From the IMG/VR virus record IMGVR_UViG_3300020402_000001, positions 1 to 61,808 of that record: DNA of 61,808 nucleotides, one strand, 5' to 3'. Position numbers and translations under genes: made by a program. Positions 26,685 through 37,365 of this stretch are shown here, in pieces. Numbering within the stretch: the stretch's first letter is position 1; the number at the start of each line of letters is the position of its first letter. This stretch comes from a virus. Taxonomy: Duplodnaviria > Caudoviricetes. The notes beneath the pieces were generated by a model that ran no database searches, was not told the DNA's origin, and saw nothing but the letters and a program-made list of their open reading frames with translations.

Positions 26685-28112
26685 ATGTGGAAATACCCGT
26701 ATAAAACAAAACCTTACGAACACCAACGTAAGGCATTAGAAGCTTCTGCTGAAAAAGTCCAATGGGCTTACTTCATGGAGATGGGTACAGGTAAAACAAA
26801 AGTAACTATTGATAATATTGCTTATTTATTTTTTCAAAGAAAAATTACTGCTGCTCTAATTATTGCACCAAAATCTGTGTATACAGTATGGGAAACTGAG
26901 ATAGAAACCCATTTACCAGATCAACTTAAATATAAAACTTATAAATGGAATATAGATAAACCTAGTGTTTATACAAAATTAAATGATTACAAAGACCTTA
27001 GAATCTTTCTAATTAACGTAGAGGCTTTATCAACTAAAAGGGGGTATGAAGCTTGTGTTGATTATTTAACTAAAAATAAATTAAATTTTGTAGCACTGGA
27101 TGAATCAACCACCATAAAAAACCGACAAGCAAAACGAACAAAAAACATTTTAGGATTACGGCAATTATCGTATATAAGGCGTATACTAACAGGATCCCCA
27201 ATAACAAAATCTCCATTGGATCTTTTTACACAATGTCAATTCTTAAGTCCAGAATTATTAGGTTTCTCAAGTTATCTCGCTTTTAGAAATAGGTATGCAG
27301 AAATGACTGATATACCTGTAGGTTCAGGTAGATATATTAGTGTTCCAAAATATTATAAACGCTTGGAGGAGTTAGAAATAAGACTGCAACAGTTTTCTAC
27401 TAGAATACGAAAAGACCAATGTCTAGACCTGAAGCCGAAGGTACGTCAGAAAAGATACATTGAACTCGAAGGTGAAAGCAAAAATATATATGATCGTTTA
27501 AGAACTTCAGCATTGGCCATAGTTGAAGATAGTACAATATCATTCTCTAATAAACTTACAGAAATTATAAAGTTACATCAAGTATGCAATGGTTTTACTA
27601 AGAATGATGATGGAGAAATCATGAGTTTACATGAGTCTAAAATCAATGCGTTAGAAGAAATAATCAATGAAACAGATGGTAAGATTATTATATGGGCTAA
27701 CTATATTCATAACATCAAACAGATTATAATGTTTCTAAAGAAGAAGTATGGAGAAGAATCTGTCGTATCTATTTATGGAGAAGTTAATGTCGAAGATAGA
27801 AAAAAAGCTGTTGAACGTATACAAACAGATGAAAAGACTAGGTTTATGGTCGGAAATCCTACTACTGGCGGTTTTGGTCTCACTCTTACTGCTTGTAATA
27901 CTGTTATTTACTTCTCAAATAATTACAATCTAGAAGTTCGTATGCAATCAGAGGATAGGGCACATAGAATGGGCCAAAAAGGTTCTGTGGTTTATATTGA
28001 TATTGTAGCTAGAAACACTCTGGATGAAGCCATTATGAAGGCTTTAACAAAAAAAGGACAGATAGCTGCCAAAACTCTTGGTGAAGAAGATCTAAGATCC
28101 TGGTTGTTGTAA
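26685..28112 (+). CDS. SNF2-family SF2 helicase
   Basis: EMGTGKT, DEST, LTGSP, GGFGLTLT, QSEDRAHRMGQ. Confidence 0.92.
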   Translation: MWKYPYKTKPYEHQRKALEASAEKVQWAYFMEMGTGKTKVTIDNIAYLFFQRKITAALIIAPKSVYTVWETEIETHLPDQLKYKTYKWNIDKPSVYTKLNDYKDLRIFLINVEALSTKRGYEACVDYLTKNKLNFVALDESTTIKNRQAKRTKNILGLRQLSYIRRILTGSPITKSPLDLFTQCQFLSPELLGFSSYLAFRNRYAEMTDIPVGSGRYISVPKYYKRLEELEIRLQQFSTRIRKDQCLDLKPKVRQKRYIELEGESKNIYDRLRTSALAIVEDSTISFSNKLTEIIKLHQVCNGFTKNDDGEIMSLHESKINALEEIINETDGKIIIWANYIHNIKQIIMFLKKKYGEESVVSIYGEVNVEDRKKAVERIQTDEKTRFMVGNPTTGGFGLTLTACNTVIYFSNNYNLEVRMQSEDRAHRMGQKGSVVYIDIVARNTLDEAIMKALTKKGQIAAKTLGEEDLRSWLL

Positions 28113-28760
28113 TTTATTATATTGTTCTAATCTCTCTAAAAATTTATCCCCGTACTCCTTCAAATCCGCCTCTGAGAGCTTAAATTCTTGATATTGGAGG
28201 TCTCGGGTGCAAATTGATATTACCCCCTGTTCTATGGGCCCGTAGTTCGTTGTATGGGCTAAATAATAGGCACCTAGCTGTAATTTGTAGTCCTCAACCC
28301 ATTCTTCTTTTTTTGGCCTATTTGCTTGCTTCCAATCCACTATGCTTGGTTTTCCGTAGGCCACAGCTGCTAGATCACAAGTGCCTGCAAATTTATTTTG
28401 ATATTCAAGGCTTATCTCATTTCCCCAAATCTCATCTAATTTAATATTATCTAAAATGGTCTTGGCCATCATTCTAGGTTTTGTGCCTTCTTCTTGAGCA
28501 TTGTAATATCCTTGACCTGTTAGATAATACTCTAAAACCTGATGCATCTCAGTTCCTACAGTAGATGCTTGTTGCATAATTCTATCAGCCTCTTTTTCTC
28601 CTACACGCCTACGCCAATTATCTAAAAATCTTTTGTCTTTAGTGGCACTGAGTATAGTTGTTACTGAGGGGACTTTCACATTATCAACCAAATACTTCCT
28701 ACCAGTTGTATCTGAAAATCTATTGTAATGTTTGTATGGATATTTTCTAATTAACTTCAT
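28092..28760 (-). CDS. PD-(D/E)XK exonuclease (RecB/MGME1-like)
   Basis: PSVTTIL, GTEMH, AGTCD..IVDWK, QLGAY. Confidence 0.88.
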   Translation of the reverse strand: MKLIRKYPYKHYNRFSDTTGRKYLVDNVKVPSVTTILSATKDKRFLDNWRRRVGEKEADRIMQQASTVGTEMHQVLEYYLTGQGYYNAQEEGTKPRMMAKTILDNIKLDEIWGNEISLEYQNKFAGTCDLAAVAYGKPSIVDWKQANRPKKEEWVEDYKLQLGAYYLAHTTNYGPIEQGVISICTRDLQYQEFKLSEADLKEYGDKFLERLEQYNKLQQPGS

Positions 28761-28945
28761 TGTGTAATTAATACAATTATGACTGATGCCATACCTGTAA
28801 TTAATACACCTGCTGAAGTCAACATTATTTTTTCTATTCTGCTCACAGACTTTTCAAGATTATGAATTTTATCATGTGTTTGTTTTTGCATTATTCTGCA
28901 AAGTTTTTCGTGTGATTCTATTTTTTGTAAAGCCTCTTTAGACAT
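28757..28945 (-). CDS. Small coiled-coil protein with C-terminal TM helix (XhlA/holin-like)
   Basis: HEKLC..Q coiled coil followed by a hydrophobic tail. Confidence 0.55.
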   Translation of the reverse strand: MSKEALQKIESHEKLCRIMQKQTHDKIHNLEKSVSRIEKIMLTSAGVLITGMASVIIVLITQ

Positions 28946-31900
28946 TTCTTCTTCTCTGCGCTATAGCAGCTCCTGTTGGGTCGTTAGGAAATAAAGCCGA
29001 AAACTGTTGTGCGTTTACTTGTTGTCCGGTGGCCGGTGTTTGTTGCACAGGATTTTCTAATTCGATATTCTCTGTTACTCTTGCTTCATCTGCTTCAATA
29101 TCTCTAGCAGCCTGTTCGTTCTCAGTTTCAATCTCTGCTCTTGCAGTAGCTTGAACATAGTCTACCATTTGATTATCTGTCTCAACATTACCTGAACTTG
29201 GTACAAAGTCTTGTGCATACATTGATTGTATTGTTTCTTTCGGTAAAGTCTTTTCATCATATCTTGGTTGCGGTGAATCAAAAGGCATACCTAATATTTC
29301 ATCTTGTATTCTTACTGGATCAATATCTCTTGGATTAATTTTTGGATTATCTTCTTCTTCATCTAAAACATAATTCATTAATCTTGCAAATGCTTCACGT
29401 TTCTGTGTAAGTCCCGCAGCAGTAATTTTAGAGCTATAACTTCTTCCGTATCTTTGACCTCTAATTTTTTCGCCTTTAGCAATTTTTAAAGCTTCATCAC
29501 TACCTAAAGCATCATTCAAATATCTTAATGCAACTGGATCAGATAAAATTCTTCCTGCTTTTCTTGCCAAAAATAAAAATACTGCAGGTGCTAATGGATT
29601 AACTGCAGCCATACCACCTCCAATAACCACACCTGATAATACACCTCTACCTCCTGATAAAGTAAATCTTCTTTGTAGGAATGTAGAAGTATCAGATATG
29701 TCAACGTCAGATATTGCTTTCATGTAGTCTGTGAATTTTGTAAACTCTTTAAAACCATTTTTACCCAACATAGATTCCATTTTTTTTCTACCAAGATCTT
29801 CTGTGGCTTTACCAATTCCAAGGTTGTCCATAAATTTGTTTATGTTGAAATCTGCAAAGTCTTTTGGGCTAAATTTAATTTTTGATACATCATAAATACC
29901 ATTATTCAATCTCACATCATCAATCGAAAATGCTCTACCACTTGCAACAGTATCTGTTCCTAATTCTTGCATTGCTTCAGTCATGTATTTGTTACCTGAT
30001 TTAACCATGACATTTTCAGCCACATCATCAAAAATTGATTTTGCCTGTGGACTTCCTGCTGTATCAAATGATTTAAAGAATGTGTTAAATAAATATCTTG
30101 CTTTAGCAGCTTCAAACAAAGCTTTACCATTTGATGTAGCATTTTTACCTGCTGCACCTATAATTACTTTAAACTGTTCAATAGCCTCTGCTGAGTTTGT
30201 TGCAAAAACATCTTTTTCCATTTGTTTAAACATTAAGTCTCGCGGTAAACCTCCGACTCCTGTAATTCCATTAACGCCTCTTTGCGTAAATAATGATGTA
30301 TCAAACTTTCTAAACGATTTTACAATCGGGTCTTTGATGAAACCCATCAATGCAGAGAATGTTGCATTAGCTTCTTTTAACTTATCATACATTTGCATTC
30401 CTTGTGTGGTTTTGTAAGCCATGTCTGCATCAGCAAATTCTTTACCACTTTGTTTCACCATGTTTTCATAACTCTCTCTTAACACATCATCTCTTAAAAA
30501 ATTATCTTTTGTAAGTTTTTGACCAAACTCAGCCAGATCTTGTTCCATATATTCTCTCAATTGCCATACTGAACCTGTAGGTAATTTAAAATCTGTGCCT
30601 TCAATAGCTCTGTTTAACATTCTCATTACACCGCCATATTCTTTTGGAGTAATTAAAGATCCTTGTAATGAAGCAATAGCTTTCATGTATAAAGACAATG
30701 GGTCAGCACCATCTTTTAAGTATTTATCAATTGCTTTTACATCTATATCTCCTATGCCTTGAGAGTATCCAGGTATGTCAGGAAACAGTTGTCTATTTTG
30801 TTCTACAAGTTCTCTTGCATATTTAGCTGTTCTATCTAATCCTATTACTCTTGGATTACCCATAGCTTCAGCAACTTCTTCAAACATTGTATACTTTGCA
30901 CCAATTACAGCTGCGTTTTCTTTAAATACTTGTGCAGCTTGATTATAAATTGATGATGAAAGAGCTGATGTTTTCATTAGTGGTGCAAATTTTACAATTC
31001 CATCAAGATACATTTTACTTGCCTCTTGCTCTGCACCTTGTAATGCTTTTCTTCCTATACCTGATACAAATGGAAATACACCAACAGTCTTAAAATAATT
31101 TCTACCTAATTCAGAAAAAACACCATCTTCTATTCCTGTCATAAGAGGAAGCGGTAAACCTTTTTCTTTTGCAAACTCAGATAATCTTGCAGCCTTTTCT
31201 CCTTTAGCACCAAATAATTTTACACCCAATTTACCCAATGGACCCATTATAAAAGGTGTAAGTGCAGCAGCTCCTGCATTCCATTTTGCAGCCGTTGTTG
31301 TAGCTCTTGCAGCATTTAGTAAAATATTTTGATCAATTTCTTTTTCTGGTATATCTCTAAAATCATCTGTTATTGCATTAGCAATCATTATACCAGCTTG
31401 TTCATTTAACATGTCATATGTAATTGAACCTGTTCCTGCACCTGCTGTACCTCCTAAAACTGAATACAATTCAGCTCTACCTGCAGGACTTCGTAATATT
31501 TTTTCAGGAACATCTGCAGCTCTAGCTAATAATTTTAAAGCTCCACCAAATAATTTTAATCTACCTGGAAGTTTATCTGCTAAGTTTGCAGCTTTCTTTG
31601 CCATGGTTGCAGGACCTTTCATCCATAGATTACCAGACTTTGCAGCACCATATATTTTTTTTCTCATAGCCACATAAGGTGCGATAGATCCAGATAAGTC
31701 ACCTGCAAGTTCTGCAGTTGGTCTTCCTTTGAACATAGAGTCTTCTGCTTTGAGAGCAGCTCCTATTGGATCAGCGTAGAACTCATCTCTTCTTGCTATG
31801 TCGCCTGCTGCTTTTTCTTTTTGTAAACCTAACTCACTCATTGTAGGTCCTTTAAGTTCGCCTCGTTTTATAAGCTCATCAATAGCCTGTCTGCTTCTCT

Positions 31901-31967
31901 TATCTAACTCAAGAAGACTTATATCTTTATTATCTAATTTTTTTTGAAGTTCTTTTAGTGTAGCCAT
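28938..31967 (-). CDS. Large internal virion (ejection) protein, putative
   Basis: 1009 aa, Ala/Gly-rich helical, last of three in podovirus ejection-protein position. Confidence 0.6.
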   Translation of the reverse strand: MATLKELQKKLDNKDISLLELDKRSRQAIDELIKRGELKGPTMSELGLQKEKAAGDIARRDEFYADPIGAALKAEDSMFKGRPTAELAGDLSGSIAPYVAMRKKIYGAAKSGNLWMKGPATMAKKAANLADKLPGRLKLFGGALKLLARAADVPEKILRSPAGRAELYSVLGGTAGAGTGSITYDMLNEQAGIMIANAITDDFRDIPEKEIDQNILLNAARATTTAAKWNAGAAALTPFIMGPLGKLGVKLFGAKGEKAARLSEFAKEKGLPLPLMTGIEDGVFSELGRNYFKTVGVFPFVSGIGRKALQGAEQEASKMYLDGIVKFAPLMKTSALSSSIYNQAAQVFKENAAVIGAKYTMFEEVAEAMGNPRVIGLDRTAKYARELVEQNRQLFPDIPGYSQGIGDIDVKAIDKYLKDGADPLSLYMKAIASLQGSLITPKEYGGVMRMLNRAIEGTDFKLPTGSVWQLREYMEQDLAEFGQKLTKDNFLRDDVLRESYENMVKQSGKEFADADMAYKTTQGMQMYDKLKEANATFSALMGFIKDPIVKSFRKFDTSLFTQRGVNGITGVGGLPRDLMFKQMEKDVFATNSAEAIEQFKVIIGAAGKNATSNGKALFEAAKARYLFNTFFKSFDTAGSPQAKSIFDDVAENVMVKSGNKYMTEAMQELGTDTVASGRAFSIDDVRLNNGIYDVSKIKFSPKDFADFNINKFMDNLGIGKATEDLGRKKMESMLGKNGFKEFTKFTDYMKAISDVDISDTSTFLQRRFTLSGGRGVLSGVVIGGGMAAVNPLAPAVFLFLARKAGRILSDPVALRYLNDALGSDEALKIAKGEKIRGQRYGRSYSSKITAAGLTQKREAFARLMNYVLDEEEDNPKINPRDIDPVRIQDEILGMPFDSPQPRYDEKTLPKETIQSMYAQDFVPSSGNVETDNQMVDYVQATARAEIETENEQAARDIEADEARVTENIELENPVQQTPATGQQVNAQQFSALFPNDPTGAAIAQRRRNV

Positions 31968-34138
31968 TATTGTAACTGTATATTACCTAATACATCCTCC
32001 GTGCTCATTCCATCAAAGAATCCAGGAAGATCTCCCTGTATAGCTTGTCCTTCTGGATCAGTAATGTTGTATCTTCTTCTATAGTTAGAAATAGTTATTG
32101 AGTCACCCAAGTATGCGTTAGTGTAATCAAACTCGAGACGTTCAATATCTTTCAAGATTGTTTCATTAACAGCTTCTAATGATTGAATAACAGATTTTTC
32201 CCCTCTTAGCATTGGGAATACGTTGACAAGGTTTTGTGCCATCTTAATGTCTTTCTCTGTTAACCTATCTTTTGATTTCAATGAGTTAGCTAATGCATAA
32301 GTCAAAATAGTTTCATTGATAGCTAATCTCTCTAGGTCTGCACCTGTATCCTTGAACACACCCATTTCTTTCAAAGTTTTCTTAAATAAAGAATTACCTT
32401 TACCAAACCTATCATTTAAATATTTCTCTGCTTCTTCTTCTGTTTTACCACCGTTAATCAAACCTTGTTTAACATCTTCTCTCATCTCTGCTATTTTTGC
32501 CATACCATCTTCTTGACCGAAGAAGCCCATACCAAAGTCATTCATTGCATCACCTAGACGTTTAGTAAAGATGTTAAGTCTACCTTTAGGACCTCCAACA
32601 ACATCTTCTTTCTTTAAGATATTAATTGAGTCTCTACCTAAGCTGTAAGCTTTATATTTAGAAGACAGATCATGTAAAGTTTCCGTTTGTTCTTTTGCAG
32701 CAAAATCTGCTTGTAAGAATTTGTCATATGATCCATAAGGTGCTGTAATGAATAACTGTCTGCCATATGGATCTTTCTGTCCATACACAGCATATTGAAC
32801 CGTTCCATCTTTTAATCTTCTAGCAGTAACGTTTTGAGTTCCTCTTTCATCAGTAATTTGTATGATGCCTGGTGTTGCGTCAGGAAATTCTGGTGCTTCA
32901 AGAACTGCATTTCTTGCCTCTATCTCATCTCTTGCAAGCTCCAATGCATCAGACATAAAATCATTTTCTAATTCATTTTCTTTAAGTTTGATTGTTGCAT
33001 AGTTGTTAACTGCAGGACCAAGTGCAGCTCCGAATACTTCAAGTGCCCCACCTATGCCACCTTTGGTGGTTTTACCAGTAAGTAAACCTGAGGCTAAGTT
33101 TGCTAGAAATACAAGTTTAGCTTGTGACTTTTGTCCCGCCATCAATTCTTTTCTATATTGTTTAGCCAAAGCAATCGTTTCGTTTGTTACAGGTGTTCCA
33201 TCGCCTGCAGCTACTTTGCCTGTAGCTGTGTTTTGTTCTTGATCTTTTACTAATTTTTTATTTGCGTCTTCCTCAGTTTTAACATCTTCATCAGTTTTTT
33301 GAGCCAACAATGTTTTATCTTCTTTTGGTGGCATATTATCCTGTATTGTTGTTTTCTTAGCACCAATCAAAGGAGCTTTCAAATTAGGATCTACATTGTT
33401 AGCTACTACTTTTGAAATATCTACATCACCTTGCACAACTTCGGATTTATTATCCTCTTCAGTTAATCTATCTTTATAATTTATTCTACCTGAGCCTGGC
33501 TTAGCACCTTTGTTTTGTTTTAATGATTGAGCAGTTAAATTCTTTTCAGGTGCACCCTCAGCTCCAACTAATTGTGCATCTCCTAGATAATCATCTATTG
33601 CAGGTAAAACTTTTCTTTCAGATACAGGTGTTTCTCTATAAGCTTTCATACCTGCCGCTATTGGTTTAAAAGCATATTTATCTGCTACATCATATCCAAA
33701 TTTTGCAAGACCTGCAGCTCTAACATATGGATTTAAGGCAGCCGCTCCCGATATACCATAAGTAACTAAACTTCTTGCAAGAGGATTTTCTATATACTGA
33801 CCAACATAAGGATCAACTACAGATGCTATACCTTCCACACCAAGCAAGCCTGGAATTAATCTTCCAGATCCAAATGTTCCTTTAGCAGAAAATTGAGGAC
33901 TCTTAGGATTCATAATTTGTTGAATACCTTGTCTTGATTGTTTGAATTCTGAACCAAGTTTTTGTAAAAAACCTTGAGGTTTTACTACTGTGCTTGGCAG
34001 TCTATTTGGATTTACAACACCAGTAACATTAGGACCAGGAGGACCTACCATGACACCTACTTGTGCATGTATAGGTTTTAAGTGACCTTTTCTTAAAGCC
34101 TTTTGTCGAAACATAGGTCGGTTTAAAACTCTATTCAT
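31967..34138 (-). CDS. Internal virion (ejection) protein, putative
   Basis: 723 aa, N-terminal LNRPMFR, helical. Confidence 0.55.
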   Translation of the reverse strand: MNRVLNRPMFRQKALRKGHLKPIHAQVGVMVGPPGPNVTGVVNPNRLPSTVVKPQGFLQKLGSEFKQSRQGIQQIMNPKSPQFSAKGTFGSGRLIPGLLGVEGIASVVDPYVGQYIENPLARSLVTYGISGAAALNPYVRAAGLAKFGYDVADKYAFKPIAAGMKAYRETPVSERKVLPAIDDYLGDAQLVGAEGAPEKNLTAQSLKQNKGAKPGSGRINYKDRLTEEDNKSEVVQGDVDISKVVANNVDPNLKAPLIGAKKTTIQDNMPPKEDKTLLAQKTDEDVKTEEDANKKLVKDQEQNTATGKVAAGDGTPVTNETIALAKQYRKELMAGQKSQAKLVFLANLASGLLTGKTTKGGIGGALEVFGAALGPAVNNYATIKLKENELENDFMSDALELARDEIEARNAVLEAPEFPDATPGIIQITDERGTQNVTARRLKDGTVQYAVYGQKDPYGRQLFITAPYGSYDKFLQADFAAKEQTETLHDLSSKYKAYSLGRDSINILKKEDVVGGPKGRLNIFTKRLGDAMNDFGMGFFGQEDGMAKIAEMREDVKQGLINGGKTEEEAEKYLNDRFGKGNSLFKKTLKEMGVFKDTGADLERLAINETILTYALANSLKSKDRLTEKDIKMAQNLVNVFPMLRGEKSVIQSLEAVNETILKDIERLEFDYTNAYLGDSITISNYRRRYNITDPEGQAIQGDLPGFFDGMSTEDVLGNIQLQ

Positions 34139-34147
34139 TTAATCCTC

Positions 34148-34990
34148 CTATTGTTGAGCACCTTGATAAGCCGCAAATGCTCCTATTCCTGTACCTACTG
34201 CTTGTGCTAATGGACTTGTTGATGGTGTAGTACCCATCGTGACACCTGATTGTGTTTTAGGTCCAGCAGCGTATAGGTTAGCTAAAAATTCTGCTCTTTG
34301 GTAAGGCTCATATTGTTGTTGTAAAGTAGATTGTCTTTGTGCATCTAACGTAGCTTGAGCTAATTGCCTTTGGACACCACCAGCTTGCATTAATTGTTGA
34401 ATATCGCTTTGACCCATTTGTTGTTGCAATTGACCCATTTGACCTAACTGATTACCTGCTGCTAACCCAACTTGTTGTTGTCTTTGAGCTGCACCTAATG
34501 CAGTTCCAAAACCTTGAGCTTGTGCTCTACCCATTGCATCTAAAGTTCTACTTTGAAGCTCAGCTTGTTGAACACCTTCTCTTCCTCCACCAAATGCACC
34601 AGCACCAACTGCTTGAGCAGCTAATTGATTTTGCATCATTTGACCTTGTCTTGCAATTTCATCAGTTACATATGATTGATAAGGATTTAAAAATTGTGCT
34701 ATTTGTGCTGCACCAACTGGAGCTGCCGCTTGTTGAATTGCACTAATACCACTAGCAACTGTAGGTGCTCCTACTCCTGTTGTTCCTGCTTGTGTAAGTC
34801 CTCTTTGTTCTAAACCTGAGAAAGGGGCAACTTTTATGTCTGGCAAATTAACAGGTTGGTTTGCAACCTGTCTTGCAATGTCCATCAACTCAATTTTTCT
34901 CTCCTCTATACCAGGAGCTTCACGCATTATTTGTGTTTGCGTTGATGGTGTGCTCGGTGCGCTTGATCTTCCTCCTCCAAAAAAACTCAT
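34148..34990 (-). CDS. Gln/Gly/Ala-rich DNA-transfer or pilot-like protein, putative
   Basis: FLNPYQ..V, AGAFGGGR, hydrophobic C-terminus. Confidence 0.6.
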   Translation of the reverse strand: MSFFGGGRSSAPSTPSTQTQIMREAPGIEERKIELMDIARQVANQPVNLPDIKVAPFSGLEQRGLTQAGTTGVGAPTVASGISAIQQAAAPVGAAQIAQFLNPYQSYVTDEIARQGQMMQNQLAAQAVGAGAFGGGREGVQQAELQSRTLDAMGRAQAQGFGTALGAAQRQQQVGLAAGNQLGQMGQLQQQMGQSDIQQLMQAGGVQRQLAQATLDAQRQSTLQQQYEPYQRAEFLANLYAAGPKTQSGVTMGTTPSTSPLAQAVGTGIGAFAAYQGAQQ

Positions 34991-34991
34991 A

Positions 34992-35453
34992 TTATATCCA
35001 TCTTTCTAGTTGTACATGTTTCTTCTTCCAACCCCATTTTTTTGAAACACGTTCCCATCCTGGTCTTGCCATGATGCTCATTCTTTTACATTGGTTGTGA
35101 TGTGCAAAATCTGTTACTGTTTGAATAAGTTGATCTTCCCAAAATTCTCTTCTCTTACCAGTACAAATAACTATTTCGTATTGTTTAAAGTTTGGTAGTT
35201 CTGCAATTCTTCCAATACAAACACCAAATACTTTATTCTCTTCTGTTTCGTCAGAACCAAACATAATCCAACATTGCATTACATCTTTTTTTAATTCTCT
35301 GAATACCCACTCAGCATCAGCATACTTACCAGAAAAAGTTAAAGCTTCTGCAACCATGAACTCCATCAAAGGCCAAAACCTATCTATGTCTTTTGGTTCT
35401 ATTGGTAATATGCTTACTAACGGCTTAATTCGTTTTTTGCTGACTGTACCCAT
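34992..35453 (-). CDS. GNAT-fold-like protein
   Basis: FA...C..MSIMARPGWER pattern, upstream of ejection genes (T7 gp13-like position). Confidence 0.5.
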   Translation of the reverse strand: MGTVSKKRIKPLVSILPIEPKDIDRFWPLMEFMVAEALTFSGKYADAEWVFRELKKDVMQCWIMFGSDETEENKVFGVCIGRIAELPNFKQYEIVICTGKRREFWEDQLIQTVTDFAHHNQCKRMSIMARPGWERVSKKWGWKKKHVQLERWI

Positions 35454-36408
35454 TTTTCTCCTTTAATAAATCAAAGACTCTTTTGTATCGTCTTTGTTGT
35501 TCATAAAAGTATTGGGCACCTTTTTCTCTCATATCTTTAAAGCTGTTTGGATTCGCTCCAGCTATGATTCCAGCACCTAATACGCCATCTGCTCTTGTTA
35601 CAAACTCTCCGTCTGCTAATTGAGCTAACATTGTATCCTCGTCTTTATCACCTACTCCTGCACCATCTTCAACATATCCTCTTGCTCTAACGTAATTGTT
35701 AGAATCGTTTTCGTCATGAGTTGTTTTTGATGGAAGGTAGTTTATACCACCTTCATTAAATTTTTTTATCTCTGCAATACCACCAGTTCGTAATCTTTGT
35801 ATGTCGTAAGAGTATGGACCTATTTGTCTTTGTCCTCTACCTTGTTCTTCTGGTTTATAAATTGTTTCGTATTCTTTTTCTTGTCCGGTATCCGGGTCGA
35901 TGTATTTGTAATTACCTCTTTGTTCAGCCATTTTAAGATAACCCATGTTATACCCAGGTGTATAAATATCTACAGGTCCTTGGTCAAATGCACCTAAGGC
36001 AAATGGAACACCAGCTGCGAGTGCAGAAATTTTTAAAGGATCATATTCCATACCATCTTTTCCTTCTCTTCTAAGTAAAATATCTGATAAAGATTTACCT
36101 TGTTCTGCTGCAGGAGGTGTTCCTCCCATTTTAACTTGAGGTAGATCTTTCGGCATTGGTGCTACTGTTTGTTTTACTTGTGGGAACAATCCTGATTTTA
36201 AAAATGCTGGTTGACTTCTTATAAAAGCGGATTGAGTTGCTGGGGAACCAAAAGCACTTATACCTGTAGTTCCTAAAGTATATCCACCATAAGCTCCTGT
36301 TGCAGCTCCAAACAGTCTACCAAGGCCAGATGCTCCAGAATCCTTTGCACCTTTGTATCCTTGATATCCTCCGTATGCTGCAAGTGCGTAAGGTAAGAGG
36401 TGTATCAT
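35425..36408 (-). CDS. Virion-associated protein with xxGG motifs and a D..LAQLADGEFV domain
   Basis: LRTGG, FNEGG, then GVGDKDEDTMLAQLADGEFVTRADGV. Confidence 0.7.
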   Translation of the reverse strand: MIHLLPYALAAYGGYQGYKGAKDSGASGLGRLFGAATGAYGGYTLGTTGISAFGSPATQSAFIRSQPAFLKSGLFPQVKQTVAPMPKDLPQVKMGGTPPAAEQGKSLSDILLRREGKDGMEYDPLKISALAAGVPFALGAFDQGPVDIYTPGYNMGYLKMAEQRGNYKYIDPDTGQEKEYETIYKPEEQGRGQRQIGPYSYDIQRLRTGGIAEIKKFNEGGINYLPSKTTHDENDSNNYVRARGYVEDGAGVGDKDEDTMLAQLADGEFVTRADGVLGAGIIAGANPNSFKDMREKGAQYFYEQQRRYKRVFDLLKEKNGYSQQKTN

Positions 36409-36453
36409 TTATAAAAATTCTCCTTTTAGATCTAAAAGGCTAATATTACCATT

Positions 36454-37365
36454 TTACTCATTGATTATCAACTCATCGATGAATTTACCTGCGTATTGGT
36501 GTTCTCCAACATGGATGATTTCGTCAAGTACATATGCATAACATTTGCCCCCAATATCCTTCCACAGCTTACAGAAGGCAAAATCTTCTCCTAAATAAGT
36601 CTTTGTAACTGGGTCATGAAGTGTATCAAAAAAATTCCACATATGCTTCTTTTTCACTACCTCTCCATTGATGACTGTATTTTGCCGTATGTCTTTTTCT
36701 GGATATGCTTTTATTAATTTATCGAAAACTGACCTTTTAATTAACATGCAACCAGTGGGACTGTGTGTAACTTCGATGATGCCATCTTTAACTTGAATAT
36801 CCTTATCATCAGGAACTTTCATAGGATAGGTGTTCATGCTTTGCGCTAGTTCCTCAGGTGTTTTTATTCTACCTTGTTTCATTGCTTGAAAAGCTTTATT
36901 CCAAAGCAATGTCTTAAGAGGATAAGGTATAGATATCACATCCTTATCAGCATCTAACATTTTAAATATTGATTTTGGATTGAAGTGTATGTCCGAATCT
37001 ATAAACAAAAGATGCGTGCATTTGCTTTCAAGAAACCCCGACACACATAAATTTCGACCTTGTGTTACTAATGATGACTTCATTATCTGTGCCTCATAAT
37101 TTACTTTTTTCTTATGACATAATTTTGTAAAATTAATTAGAGATTGCACGTAGTGTAAAGATACTTCTGAATGACAAGGTGTTGCTAAAAATATTACATT
37201 TTTTGACACCTCAGATTTATCATAACCCATAGGTCCTGTATCAGTTCTTATGTCTTTTAATGTTTGATAAGTATCTTCGTTTACAAAAGTCTCTTGTTTG
37301 TTTTTCCAAATTGGTTTTGTGACTTCATCATGATCGTATCCTTGTATATTATCTTTATCGTCCAC
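36454..37365 (-). CDS. Glycosyltransferase (GT-A fold)
   Basis: ATPC, GRN, THLLFIDSDI (DxD), TGCMLI, GEDFAFC. Confidence 0.85.
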   Translation of the reverse strand: MDDKDNIQGYDHDEVTKPIWKNKQETFVNEDTYQTLKDIRTDTGPMGYDKSEVSKNVIFLATPCHSEVSLHYVQSLINFTKLCHKKKVNYEAQIMKSSLVTQGRNLCVSGFLESKCTHLLFIDSDIHFNPKSIFKMLDADKDVISIPYPLKTLLWNKAFQAMKQGRIKTPEELAQSMNTYPMKVPDDKDIQVKDGIIEVTHSPTGCMLIKRSVFDKLIKAYPEKDIRQNTVINGEVVKKKHMWNFFDTLHDPVTKTYLGEDFAFCKLWKDIGGKCYAYVLDEIIHVGEHQYAGKFIDELIINE

